Positions 29,944 through 39,102 of a stretch of DNA of 64,000 nucleotides are shown here, in pieces. The DNA comes from Terriglobia bacterium (GTDB taxonomy: Bacteria; Acidobacteriota; Terriglobia; Terriglobales; Acidobacteriaceae). Numbering within the stretch: position 1 is the stretch's first letter; each line of letters begins with the position of its first letter. Under the pieces are notes generated by a model. It was not told the origin of the DNA and made no database searches. It saw only the letters and a list, made by a program, of their open reading frames with translations. The stretch lies in the NCBI GenBank assembly GCA_041495845.1, contig JBGQDM010000005.1, positions 472-64,471 of the forward strand, given 5' to 3'. A program made the translations under genes and the position numbers.

Positions 29944-31638
29944 TCAATGGCTTTTGCTGTCATTGGCAGGCGGGTGGTAGGTGTTGTTCGCCGTGTCGGT
30001 CTCAGGGACGCTGCCGTCGTTGACGACGAACTCAAGCGGTGCGGCTGGTGTGGTAAAGCGGATAACAGCGGTGGAGCCAGCGGGCACGAACAGTCGTTCA
30101 GTAAAGTCGTTGTTGGCGGTGCGGGCGGTGACGGGGACTTCCGCAGCAGCACCGCCGATGTTGGCAACCGTGACCGCGCTGAGAAAACTCTGGTCCACGG
30201 CGCGGGTATTGACGGAGTCGATGTGAAACTCGGGCAGGCCGTCGTCGGAGTAAACCCAGGCGCCGAAGAACCATTTGAGATCGCGGGCTGATTGCCGGCG
30301 CACGAGTTGTTCGATGTAAAACTGGTCGTGGTCGTCGGCGGAGTGGTAGGCGTGGAGGGCCTTTTTCAGCGCATCCGCGCCGATCAGGTCGCGCAGCATC
30401 CACCAGACGAGCGCGGCTTTACTGCGGTACAGAGTTTCGTCGCCGGTGAGGAAGAGGGAGTCGCCGGCACTCTTCGTGCCCTTCCCGGACTCGGCTTGCA
30501 AGAATGCGGCGCGGTGCAAGCCGAGATAATCGAGTGCGGCTTGGCGGCCCTGTTGTTGCTCGCGCATTAGGGCCTGCGCGAAATGCGCCAGACCTTCGGA
30601 AATCCACGGACGCGGAGAGGTGAAAGCAGCATGGGTGAGTTGATGGGCGAGCACCAGCTGGATGAGATCGGAGTCGCGCGCATGGAGCGGCGTGAGCAGC
30701 AGGTTGCCAGCTTCGAAGGGCGCGGCGTCGCGGTCGGGGAGTTCGACCAGTGTGATCTGGGTGTGTGGCGCGCCGAACCAATCCTGAATTAGCGGGGTGA
30801 TGCCGGCAGTCTGCTGGTAAGCGGAGATCTCCGAGGCGAGGGCGGACAGAGAAAATATCTGCACTGACGGCGAATCGATTTTCGTGAACGGGCCAAGGAA
30901 GAAGCTGGGTGTGGCGGAGCGCAAGGAAGGGTAACGGCAGACTATCGCGGCGTCGGGCGTAATTTGCGCGCGCGTGTTGTCGTCACCGCAGAGAATCACA
31001 AGTGCGGGGGTGGGACCATCGCGGACAACAGAGAAACGGAATTCCGCGTCGGCGGCGACGTGCGTTGCTTTCCAGCGCCCGATGGCGGCGAACATCGCGT
31101 TGCCGTCGGCCAGGTCCTGTGACTCCAGCGCCACCGGATACCAGACGACATAGCCGAGGCCGCGCACGCCGGAGAAGGTCGCGCTGATCTGGTCCCAATC
31201 GCTGTGGCTGGCGGTTGCAGGCGGAGTGCCGAGGCGAGTCAGGCGCGTGGCGTCGGGCAAGATCACGCCTTCGTAAGCGATCTCCAGTTCGACTGATTCG
31301 CCCGGCGGCAGTTCGCGCGGCAGTGTGACCAGCGCTTCCGAGAGCATGCCGGTGTGGTCAATGTCAGAAGTATAGGTCTGGGACACGAACTGCAGTGGCT
31401 TGGACTGGCTGCGCAGCGAACGCCAGTTCAGGCTGGATGAAATCTGCAGCGTCACTACGCGCTGGGGTGCGGCGGTGATGTTGGTCAGGCGCAGTGTGCC
31501 GCGAGCGGCGAGGCGGTGCTGGCCGGGATCAAGGCGCAAGTCGAGATCATAATGATCGAAACGAAAAGCGTTGCGATCAAGGGCCGCCGCGGGCGCGAGC
31601 AGGCTGCAGACAACGAAGAGCGCACGCCAGGGTTTCAT
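29944..31638 (-). CDS. Secreted M1-peptidase-like protein with altered zinc motif (HQLTH)
   Basis: Signal peptide. LAHQLTHAAF-x8-WISEGLAHF is collinear with M1 HExxH-x18-E, but the catalytic Glu codon reads caa (Gln). Confidence 0.6.
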   Translation of the reverse strand: MKPWRALFVVCSLLAPAAALDRNAFRFDHYDLDLRLDPGQHRLAARGTLRLTNITAAPQRVVTLQISSSLNWRSLRSQSKPLQFVSQTYTSDIDHTGMLSEALVTLPRELPPGESVELEIAYEGVILPDATRLTRLGTPPATASHSDWDQISATFSGVRGLGYVVWYPVALESQDLADGNAMFAAIGRWKATHVAADAEFRFSVVRDGPTPALVILCGDDNTRAQITPDAAIVCRYPSLRSATPSFFLGPFTKIDSPSVQIFSLSALASEISAYQQTAGITPLIQDWFGAPHTQITLVELPDRDAAPFEAGNLLLTPLHARDSDLIQLVLAHQLTHAAFTSPRPWISEGLAHFAQALMREQQQGRQAALDYLGLHRAAFLQAESGKGTKSAGDSLFLTGDETLYRSKAALVWWMLRDLIGADALKKALHAYHSADDHDQFYIEQLVRRQSARDLKWFFGAWVYSDDGLPEFHIDSVNTRAVDQSFLSAVTVANIGGAAAEVPVTARTANNDFTERLFVPAGSTAVIRFTTPAAPLEFVVNDGSVPETDTANNTYHPPANDSKSH

Positions 31639-32381
31639 TTCTTCTTGGATGCAGCCACGCGACGTTGGCGCACGACTTCATAAAGAACAATGGCGGCGGC
31701 GACCGACACATTGAGCGAGGGTACGTTTCCCAGCATGGGGATGGAAACGAGGAAGTCGCAGCGGCGGCGCACCAGTTCGTGCAGGCCTGTGCCTTCGGCG
31801 CCAAGGACGATGGCGCAATCCACGTTGTAGTCCACCGCGTCGTAGGTCTGCGGGCCGCGTTCGTCGAGGCCGACTACCCAGACGTTTTGCGATTTCAGTT
31901 CTTCCAGCGTGCGCGCGATGTTGGTGACTTTGGCGACCGGGAGATGTTCGCTGGCGCCGGCGGAAGCTTTGGCGACGGTGGAAGTCACACCCACGGCGCG
32001 ACGCTCGGGAATGACCACGCCATCGGCGCCGGCAGCGTCGGCGGTGCGCAGGATGGCGCCGAGATTGTGCGGGTCTTCGACTCCGTCAAGCACGACGACC
32101 AGGGCTTTTTCGCCGCGACGCACCGCTGCGAGATCTTCGAGGTCGCAATATTGCTTGGCCGAGGTCACCGCCACAACCCCTTGATGGCCGGAAGTGCGGG
32201 CCATGCGTTCAAGCTCGCTGCGCGAGAGAAAGCGTACAGCGATGCCGGCGCGACGGCACTCGTCAATCAGCTTTTGTAAGCGATCGTCGTGGCGTTCGCG
32301 AGCCACGCCAACAAATTGAAAGGAGCGGCCGCGGGCCTTTAATGCTTCCGCCACCGCGTGGATGCCGTAAATCGCTTGCAT
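31635..32381 (-). CDS. rlmB: TrmH/SpoU-family 23S rRNA 2'-O-methyltransferase (RlmB-like)
   Basis: IYGIHAVAEAL..., LDGVEDPHNLGAILRTA and IPMLGNVPSLNVSVAAAIVLYE motifs. The start was moved to the ATG at 32381, and the stop overlaps the next gene by 4 nt. Confidence 0.85.
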   Translation of the reverse strand: MQAIYGIHAVAEALKARGRSFQFVGVARERHDDRLQKLIDECRRAGIAVRFLSRSELERMARTSGHQGVVAVTSAKQYCDLEDLAAVRRGEKALVVVLDGVEDPHNLGAILRTADAAGADGVVIPERRAVGVTSTVAKASAGASEHLPVAKVTNIARTLEELKSQNVWVVGLDERGPQTYDAVDYNVDCAIVLGAEGTGLHELVRRRCDFLVSIPMLGNVPSLNVSVAAAIVLYEVVRQRRVAASKKK

Positions 32382-32769
32382 GGGTTTAGTGTACCTGCGA
32401 AGCGGACGAGTCTGGCGGGAAGGGAAGAGAACGGGCCCGGAACGCAAAGAGTTTCCCCTCTGGGTTAGGAGATTACGCTGGCTGTCTCGCGTCGCGTTAG
32501 CGTGGAATGACCCAACCGGCGGCGCCGTGTCAAGGAGAAGCGATGAATGAACCCAGCCTTGAGAATTGTCAAAAGACTCTGGTTCAAGGGGGGAGTGGGT
32601 CGATGACATGATTTTTGCCATGCTGGCGAGCGATTGGAAGGCAAGGAGGGCGGAGGGTGGGTAAGGTGCGAGGCGGGGGAGGGCATGGCCCAAGGGTGCG
32701 GCACGGGAAGGACCCGCCTAAAGGTCTGGCACGCTGCGCCGATGAGAGAGGGTGAGGTGAGGTACCCCC

Positions 32770-32970
32770 ATGAACATTGACGCCATCCAGTCAGCCTATT
32801 CCAGCCCAGCGGTCAAGAACACTGAAGCCGCTGATAACGCGCAACATAAACTCAACGTTCAAAGCCAGCCTGCGGCTGCGCCACGCGACCGAGTCACGAT
32901 CAGCGCGGCGGCGCAGTCGAAACAGTCCTCGCCGGCCGGGGACAAGGACCACGACGGCGACAGCAAATAA
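32770..32970 (+). CDS. Small hypothetical protein (66 aa, low complexity)
   Basis: ATG preceded by gaggtgagg. No recognisable domain. Confidence 0.3.
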   Translation: MNIDAIQSAYSSPAVKNTEAADNAQHKLNVQSQPAAAPRDRVTISAAAQSKQSSPAGDKDHDGDSK

Positions 32971-33442
32971 CTGGAGACAAGGAACCAGCGCATCACCAGG
33001 AACCAGGCGGGTAAGTACGCTCTCGCACATTTCCGCCCGGCGACGAACAAACCTGCAATCTCGGGAACGCTGCTGTGGCTAGCTTACGGCTCGCCTTAAT
33101 GGGCGGGTAAGTGTGGGCGTGACCGCGTGGCACTCCTGAGCAAGTCAGGCGAATCGCTCGACGCGCGACCAGTTGCCATCTCGCGATTCGTCAATGGTGC
33201 AACTAAGAGAATCGGGCGGGCGGCCTTCGCTCAGATCGAGGGCTGGCGGCCCGTATTGCTGTACCCATTGCCTGCATCCCGTCACCGCCTGCCGACGTTT
33301 CATCCCAAATACTTGCATCTGGTTACTTGCCGCCGTGATGGCGATCACAGCGGCGTGAGATGTAGCCCGTCACAATGTGCGAAAGCTACGGCCCCAAAGG
33401 GCTGGCGCTAGGATCGGACCTCATTTTGTTGAGGAGATAGGC

Positions 33443-36400
33443 ATGAGTTGCCGGCTACTGGGTTGTTTCGTAACTCCCGCGCTCCGTCCGCCGGCGGGTG
33501 TATTTTGCGCGCTGTTATTGTTCGTGCCTATACTGTTGGGGCAGGCGCGTGTCCCCGAACTGCCTTATGTTCCGGGCAGGCTGCTGGTGCGTTTCAAACC
33601 TGCAACCAAGGCGCAGGCGATTTCGGCAGCCCACGCCAAGGTACGCGGCAAGGTTTCCAAACGCTTTGGCCAGCTTCCCGGCCTGGAAGTCGTCGACCTC
33701 GCACCGGACATGCCACTGACCCGTGCTCTGGCGGCCTACCGCTCGGACCCCGGCGTCCTCTATGCCGAGCCGGACTATATCCTGCACGTGCAAGCCATCC
33801 CAAACGATCCCGACTTTTCTCAGCTCTGGGGTATGAGCAACATCAATGCACCAGCAGCCTGGAGCAAGTCGACGGGTAGCTCCAATGTGGTGGTCGCGGT
33901 CATCGATACGGGCGTTGACTACACCCACGAAGACCTGGCCGCGAACGTGTGGAACAATCCCGGCGACTGCAACTCCAATGGCATTGACGACGACAACTCG
34001 GGCTATGTGGACGATTGCTACGGTATCGATGTGGTCAACCGCGACTCCGACCCCATGGACGACAACAGCCACGGCACCCACGTTTCGGGCACCATTGGCG
34101 CTGTCGGCAACAATTCCATCGGCGTCGTGGGCGTGAACTGGGACGTGAAGATCCTGGCCTGCAAGTTTCTCGGTGCCGACGGCTCCGGTCCGAGCTCAGG
34201 CGCGATCGAGTGCCTCGACTACATCGCGCACTTGAAATCCATGGGAGTTCCCATCGTGGCCAGCAACAACAGTTGGGGTGGGCCCGGCATCAGCGCCATC
34301 GCCCCCAGCGCCAGTTTGAAAGATGCCATTCGCCTCAACCTGGAGCGCGAGATCCTGTTCGTGGTGGCCGCCGGTAACGGCGGTTGGGACAAGATTGGTG
34401 ACGACAATGATCGTGCCATGGGGAACGCAGCGAATACCGACCTCCCGAACATCATCTCGGTTGCAGCCATCAACAGCAGTAATAGTCTGACGGCTTTCTC
34501 CAATTTTGGCCGCCACACAGTCCACATCGGAGCTCCAGGCGACAACATCCGCAGCACGGTGCCTAAGGCGCTCGCGCCCGCGGGGTACGCCAACTTCCGC
34601 GGGACCTCGATGGCGACACCTCACGTCACGGGAGTCGCCGCTCTGCTCAAGGCTTGGAACCCGGCGCTGACGTGGTGGGAAATCCGCAATCTGATCTTGA
34701 CGGGCGGCACGCCCACTGCGGGTCTTGCCAAGACGATTGCGAAGTCCCGGCTCAGCGCCTCCGGTGCCATGGATTGCACCGACGCTGTCCTGCTGGCCCG
34801 CTTCCGCCCGGAAATGGACGTGGTCGGGGCGGCGGTGGGTAACGCCATTCCCGTCTCTGCCTACCACCTGAAATGTGCCGCGCCCAACGGTGACGTCGTT
34901 GCAACCGTAAGCACGGGTGAGACCCTTACGCTCAAAGACGATGGCATTGCGCCCGATGTCATTGCCGGCGATGGGCTCTACGCCGCGAACTATGTTCCCC
35001 GGGCTGTCGGGCAGTACGTGATCACTTTGCCCAATGCCGAAGTTCTTACCATCAACGTTCTTCAACCCTATTTGTTCGAGAAGGTCTCCGAGCCCTACCG
35101 CTATATTGCGGGCACGAACCTGGATCTGGACGCAGCCGAGTGTGCCGCGGTCACGCCCCCGTTCCCGCTCCGCTTTGGCGGGATTGCCTACGATAGCGTT
35201 TACATCTCTCCCCACGGCAGCGTCAGCTTTGGACAACCGTGGTGTGACCCGAACGCCTGGCCCACACCGATGCCGTGGCCAGTGAACTGGGTTGCGCCGT
35301 TCATGGCGAGCCTGGCCCCGTTCAAGGGTTCGCCGAAGAACGCCTGGTACGAGATCAGCGGCACCGCGCCCAATCGGGAGATGGTTGTCGAGTGGCGCGA
35401 CCTCCCGATGTTCCCGATGCAGCAGGCGCCAACCATCCAGGAAACGGAGACCGTGGCATTCCAGCTCGTGTTCTTTGAGGGTCAGGACGACATCGTATTT
35501 GCCTACCAGGACACCGTCTTCGGCGGTGTCAGTGCGTGGTATGACCATGGACGCGATGCCGCGGTGGGTATTCAGGTGGCGGGTACGGTCGGTACGCAGT
35601 ACAACGAATGGGGCCAGGACGCCGTCTTCGACGGCGACGCGATCCGATGGACGCCCACAAGTGGGCCGGTGATCAGTTACGTTGACCCCTCCCTCCGCGC
35701 CCCGGCGTGGCCATCGCAAACCATCAATGTGGTCGGTAACACTTTCCGTTCTGATTCCTTTGTGCGCATCGCCAAGGCCGGTGTCGTTACTCCTCTAGCG
35801 ACCACCTTCCGGTCAGAAACCAAGCTAGAAGCCTCGCTGCCGAGGGAGGTCGTCTCCGTTCCCGGCTCGTACTACATCACGGTAAGCAATCCTGCCCCCA
35901 GTGGCGAGCTCGTCTCGAACCCCCGCCTGTTTATGAGCATGTACCCGCCTCCGGTGATCGACCGCGTCGAACCGGCAAGCCGCGCAGCCGGCAGCGGCCA
36001 GTTCACCCTCCACGTGTTCGGCTCAGGGTATGTCGGTGACCTAGCCACGATTTGGTGGAACGGGTGGGCCCGCCCAACCACGGTCGTATCTGCCAATGAA
36101 CTCTCGGTCAGTATCAACGAGTGGGACGTGCAGCAGCCCGGCACCGTCAAGCTGACCCTGGGCCAGGAAGCCTGGGCCGCCGACGAGGAGTTGTATTCGA
36201 TCAGCGGCTACGCTTTGAAGGCTGCCCAACCAGCAGCACAAACCGTCAAGGCTGGTGGTGTCGCGAACTACAACCTTACTATCGAACCGACCGGCAATTA
36301 CGACGCGCCCATCACGTTCCAGTGCCGGGGAAATCCTGCAACTACGGCTTGCGCGTTCACTCCCGCGACGGTGACGCCAGGGAGCACCGCCGCGCCGGTA

Positions 36401-36730
36401 CAGTTGAAGGTAACCACAACGGGCGTCACCAGCGCATCCCTGGGCGGGATACAGCCAGGATTATCTGTCTGGCTCGGCGCGTTCCTCTTGTTTCCGACCG
36501 TTGGTCTTTTGTTCGGCGGCCGCAGCTCGCGGCGGCGCGCTGCCGTGTTGCTCGTACTCGTACTCGGTTGTGTCGCGACCTTGCCGTCTTGTGGTGGGAG
36601 TGGGAGTGGCGGCGGCAGCCCTGCGCCGAAGCCGGGTACCACACCTGGAACTTATGCCATCATGATCATCGGTACCTCCGGGACGTACAGTTCGAGCACT
36701 ACGGTGAGCGTTACGATCACGCAACCGTGA
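33443..36730 (+). CDS. Large secreted S8 (subtilisin-family) serine peptidase with Ig-like C-terminal domains
   Basis: Signal peptide, inhibitor-I9-like propeptide, and the catalytic triad motifs VAVIDTGVDYTHEDL, HGTHVSGTIGA and GTSMATPHVTG. The start at 33443 has a GAGGAG RBS. Confidence 0.9.
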   Translation: MSCRLLGCFVTPALRPPAGVFCALLLFVPILLGQARVPELPYVPGRLLVRFKPATKAQAISAAHAKVRGKVSKRFGQLPGLEVVDLAPDMPLTRALAAYRSDPGVLYAEPDYILHVQAIPNDPDFSQLWGMSNINAPAAWSKSTGSSNVVVAVIDTGVDYTHEDLAANVWNNPGDCNSNGIDDDNSGYVDDCYGIDVVNRDSDPMDDNSHGTHVSGTIGAVGNNSIGVVGVNWDVKILACKFLGADGSGPSSGAIECLDYIAHLKSMGVPIVASNNSWGGPGISAIAPSASLKDAIRLNLEREILFVVAAGNGGWDKIGDDNDRAMGNAANTDLPNIISVAAINSSNSLTAFSNFGRHTVHIGAPGDNIRSTVPKALAPAGYANFRGTSMATPHVTGVAALLKAWNPALTWWEIRNLILTGGTPTAGLAKTIAKSRLSASGAMDCTDAVLLARFRPEMDVVGAAVGNAIPVSAYHLKCAAPNGDVVATVSTGETLTLKDDGIAPDVIAGDGLYAANYVPRAVGQYVITLPNAEVLTINVLQPYLFEKVSEPYRYIAGTNLDLDAAECAAVTPPFPLRFGGIAYDSVYISPHGSVSFGQPWCDPNAWPTPMPWPVNWVAPFMASLAPFKGSPKNAWYEISGTAPNREMVVEWRDLPMFPMQQAPTIQETETVAFQLVFFEGQDDIVFAYQDTVFGGVSAWYDHGRDAAVGIQVAGTVGTQYNEWGQDAVFDGDAIRWTPTSGPVISYVDPSLRAPAWPSQTINVVGNTFRSDSFVRIAKAGVVTPLATTFRSETKLEASLPREVVSVPGSYYITVSNPAPSGELVSNPRLFMSMYPPPVIDRVEPASRAAGSGQFTLHVFGSGYVGDLATIWWNGWARPTTVVSANELSVSINEWDVQQPGTVKLTLGQEAWAADEELYSISGYALKAAQPAAQTVKAGGVANYNLTIEPTGNYDAPITFQCRGNPATTACAFTPATVTPGSTAAPVQLKVTTTGVTSASLGGIQPGLSVWLGAFLLFPTVGLLFGGRSSRRRAAVLLVLVLGCVATLPSCGGSGSGGGSPAPKPGTTPGTYAIMIIGTSGTYSSSTTVSVTITQP

Positions 36731-36759
36731 ACGCCCTACCGTGCCTGCGTGGGCCGCCA

Positions 36760-37545
36760 TCATCGGTGACGCGAGTTGTTGCCCACCACCAGTAACGTGC
36801 TTCCGAACGGCGCGGGAAGCGGCGTGAACAGTTTTTGCTCCGCGCGGGAGACAAAATAGAGGGTACGGTTCAGCCAGGCCGGCGGGATTCTGGGATTCGA
36901 CGGCTGGGCCCGCGTAATCTTTTCGACGGCCCGCACCAGCATCTTCACGGCAAAAGGCCACTGATACCAATAGCGCATCACTTCAACCCGCATCCCGGCC
37001 TGATCGGAGATGCGCCGGAAACTGCGCTTGGTATAGCGGGCAAGGTGATGGTTCAGGTCGTCGTGCGTCGTCCAGATGAGATTGAACGCCGGAACGGTGA
37101 TGGCGATTTTCCCTGCCGGCGCCAGCAGGGTCAATGCATGTTGCAAGGCGGCGACCGGCTCCGCCAGGTGCTCGAGGACATCCAGCATGGTGATCAGTCC
37201 ATAGCTTTTCCCCGGCTGGAACTGCGCATCAAAGGGAGCGACACGAATTCGCTTACGATGCGGGCCGTTGGGATCGAGCAGGTCAGCGGAGAACTCGATG
37301 CCTTCCACTTCGCCGAATTGGCTGAGTTGATCGAAGAAGAGTCCGTCGCCGCAGCCGACGTCGAGAATGCTGCCAAACCCTCCGTCTGGCAGGATGTTTC
37401 GCAGAACGTCGAGGATCGCGGCTTCTCGGGAACGCCACCACCAGTGCTTCTCGTAGAGTTGGCGATAGACCTGGCCGTAGAGGGGGTCCACGCGTTTACC
37501 TGGGCACGGCCGCTGAAGAGCGCGGGTCGCGCGCATGCTCGTCAT
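36760..37545 (-). CDS. Class I SAM-dependent methyltransferase
   Basis: ILDVGCGDGLF is SAM-binding motif I. The start is ambiguous (37545 or 37536) and overlaps the upstream GT2 gene. Confidence 0.75.
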   Translation of the reverse strand: MTSMRATRALQRPCPGKRVDPLYGQVYRQLYEKHWWWRSREAAILDVLRNILPDGGFGSILDVGCGDGLFFDQLSQFGEVEGIEFSADLLDPNGPHRKRIRVAPFDAQFQPGKSYGLITMLDVLEHLAEPVAALQHALTLLAPAGKIAITVPAFNLIWTTHDDLNHHLARYTKRSFRRISDQAGMRVEVMRYWYQWPFAVKMLVRAVEKITRAQPSNPRIPPAWLNRTLYFVSRAEQKLFTPLPAPFGSTLLVVGNNSRHR

Positions 37546-38494
37546 GCTCTTCAGGGACCAGCGGCGAACGGATGATGCGTCCGACGATGTAGTTGGGGCG
37601 CGCTTTCACTTCTTCGTAAATCCGCCCAACGTATTCGCCGATCACTCCGAGGAAAAGAAGGATGAAACCGGAAAGCAGCGTCACCAGCACGGTGAGAGCG
37701 GTAAAGCCTTTGGGTGACTGGTTGAGAAAAAACTTGGCGTAGACCGAATAGAGCGAAAACAGCAGGGCGAACAGAATGCCGAGCGCACCCAAGACGGTCG
37801 CAGCCCGGAGAGGAACGATGGAAAAAGCGAAGATCCCGTCCGAGGCCAGCTTGAGCAGGCGCATCGGTCTGTACTTGGTGCGGCCGGAGTGGCGTTCGGC
37901 GCGCTCCACGGGGATCCCAATCTGCGGGTAGCCGACCCAGGTGCGCAGGCCGCGAAGGTAGCGCTGGTGCTCGGGCAGGCTGCGGACCTGATCCAGCACG
38001 CGCCGCGACATCAGGCCGAAGTCCCCAGAGTCCAGCGGGAGCCGGATGTCGGAGAGGGATGCGATCAAGCGGTAGAACAGGTAGTAGCAGGCGCGCAACC
38101 AGAGCGGTTCCTTGCGCCGGATGCGTTGCGCGTACACGACGTCATAGCCTTCCTGGAATTTCGCCAGAAATTGCGGAATGGTCTCGGGCGTATCTTGCAG
38201 ATCGCCGTCCATGATGACAACAGCATCGCCGGAGACATGGTCGAGGGCGGCGGAAATGGCGGCTTGATGTCCAAAATTGCGCGAGAGAGAAAGCGCGGTG
38301 ATGCGCGAGTCGGCTTGCGTCGCTGCTTCGAGCAGGGCCAGCGTCCGGTCGGTGGAGCCGTCGTCCACGAAGACGATCTCGTGCGGCCCGCCGGGGATGG
38401 AGTCGAGCACCGCTCCGGTCCGGCGCAGCAGTTCCGGCAGCACCGACTCCTCGTTGTGCACTGGGATTGCCAGCGAAAGCCGCAAGCCTGTCAC
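37496..38494 (-). CDS. GT2-family glycosyltransferase (polyprenyl-phosphate sugar synthase, ArnC/DPM1-like) with C-terminal TM helices
   Basis: LSLAIPVHNEE, VFVDDGSTDRT and IMDGDLQD motifs. The GTG start overlaps the upstream stop (GTGA) at 38491-38494. Confidence 0.85.
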   Translation of the reverse strand: MTGLRLSLAIPVHNEESVLPELLRRTGAVLDSIPGGPHEIVFVDDGSTDRTLALLEAATQADSRITALSLSRNFGHQAAISAALDHVSGDAVVIMDGDLQDTPETIPQFLAKFQEGYDVVYAQRIRRKEPLWLRACYYLFYRLIASLSDIRLPLDSGDFGLMSRRVLDQVRSLPEHQRYLRGLRTWVGYPQIGIPVERAERHSGRTKYRPMRLLKLASDGIFAFSIVPLRAATVLGALGILFALLFSLYSVYAKFFLNQSPKGFTALTVLVTLLSGFILLFLGVIGEYVGRIYEEVKARPNYIVGRIIRSPLVPEEHDEHARDPRSSAAVPR

Positions 38495-39102
38495 CTCGGG
38501 GCACGTCCTTTGCAATAGATCATATTCCACAACGGCACGCCGAAGGCAGAGAGAGGATAGGGTTGAAAAACAACGATCTCGAAATGGCGTTGGAATAGCT
38601 CGCGCCACCGTTCCAGCGGGCGGGCGAACCGGCCGCGGTCCCAACGGGCGAGCTGACGCGCAATTCCCCGTTTCTCAGGCTCCACCAGCTCCAGGAGATG
38701 AACGTGACCCTGGGGCGTGAGCAGCCTGTTGAGGTGCGCAAGAATTCGCTCGGTGCCGGCGTCATCAATGTGATGGAGGATGCTGTTGACGAGGATGAAA
38801 TCGAATCGCGCGCCCGGCTCGACCTCGTAGGTGGTGACATCGGCAACGACGAAGTCGCCCTGGTGCTGGCGACGGGCGTTGGCGATGTAATCGGGGTTGA
38901 AGTCGAGCCCCAGGTAGTACGCATGTTGGAAATGCGGCGCATTGGTGCCGGGGCCACAGCCGACATCGAGGACGCGTCGAACCTCGCGAAGATCGTTGTG
39001 AGCGAGCACGGGAGCAAACTTCCGGTCCGCGAAGGGGGCCTGCCAGAGCCGATACACGATCGGACTTTCAAGAATCGTGTCCTTGAGGCTCATGGCTTCC
39101 AC
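38491..39102 (-). CDS. Class I SAM-dependent methyltransferase
   Basis: VLDVGCGPGTN is motif I. There is a 13-nt overlap with the upstream gene. Confidence 0.75.
   Translation of the reverse strand: MEAMSLKDTILESPIVYRLWQAPFADRKFAPVLAHNDLREVRRVLDVGCGPGTNAPHFQHAYYLGLDFNPDYIANARRQHQGDFVVADVTTYEVEPGARFDFILVNSILHHIDDAGTERILAHLNRLLTPQGHVHLLELVEPEKRGIARQLARWDRGRFARPLERWRELFQRHFEIVVFQPYPLSAFGVPLWNMIYCKGRAPR

Noticed and set aside
31635-32693. 352-aa version of the rlmB ORF with a 104-aa N-terminal extension
   Set aside because: The extension has no similarity to TrmH/SpoU proteins. The conserved N-terminus (MQAIYGIHAV) begins at the internal ATG at 32381.
32700-32760. Sigma54-type promoter (ctggcacgctgcgcc) upstream of the small ORF
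   Set aside because: The -12 TTGC element is missing at the required spacing.
32770-32970. FlgM-like anti-sigma factor (DRVTISAAAQ resembles the FlgM N-region)
   Set aside because: It lacks the conserved C-terminal sigma-28-binding helices, is only 66 aa of low complexity, and has no flagellar context. It is kept only as a low-confidence hypothetical ORF.
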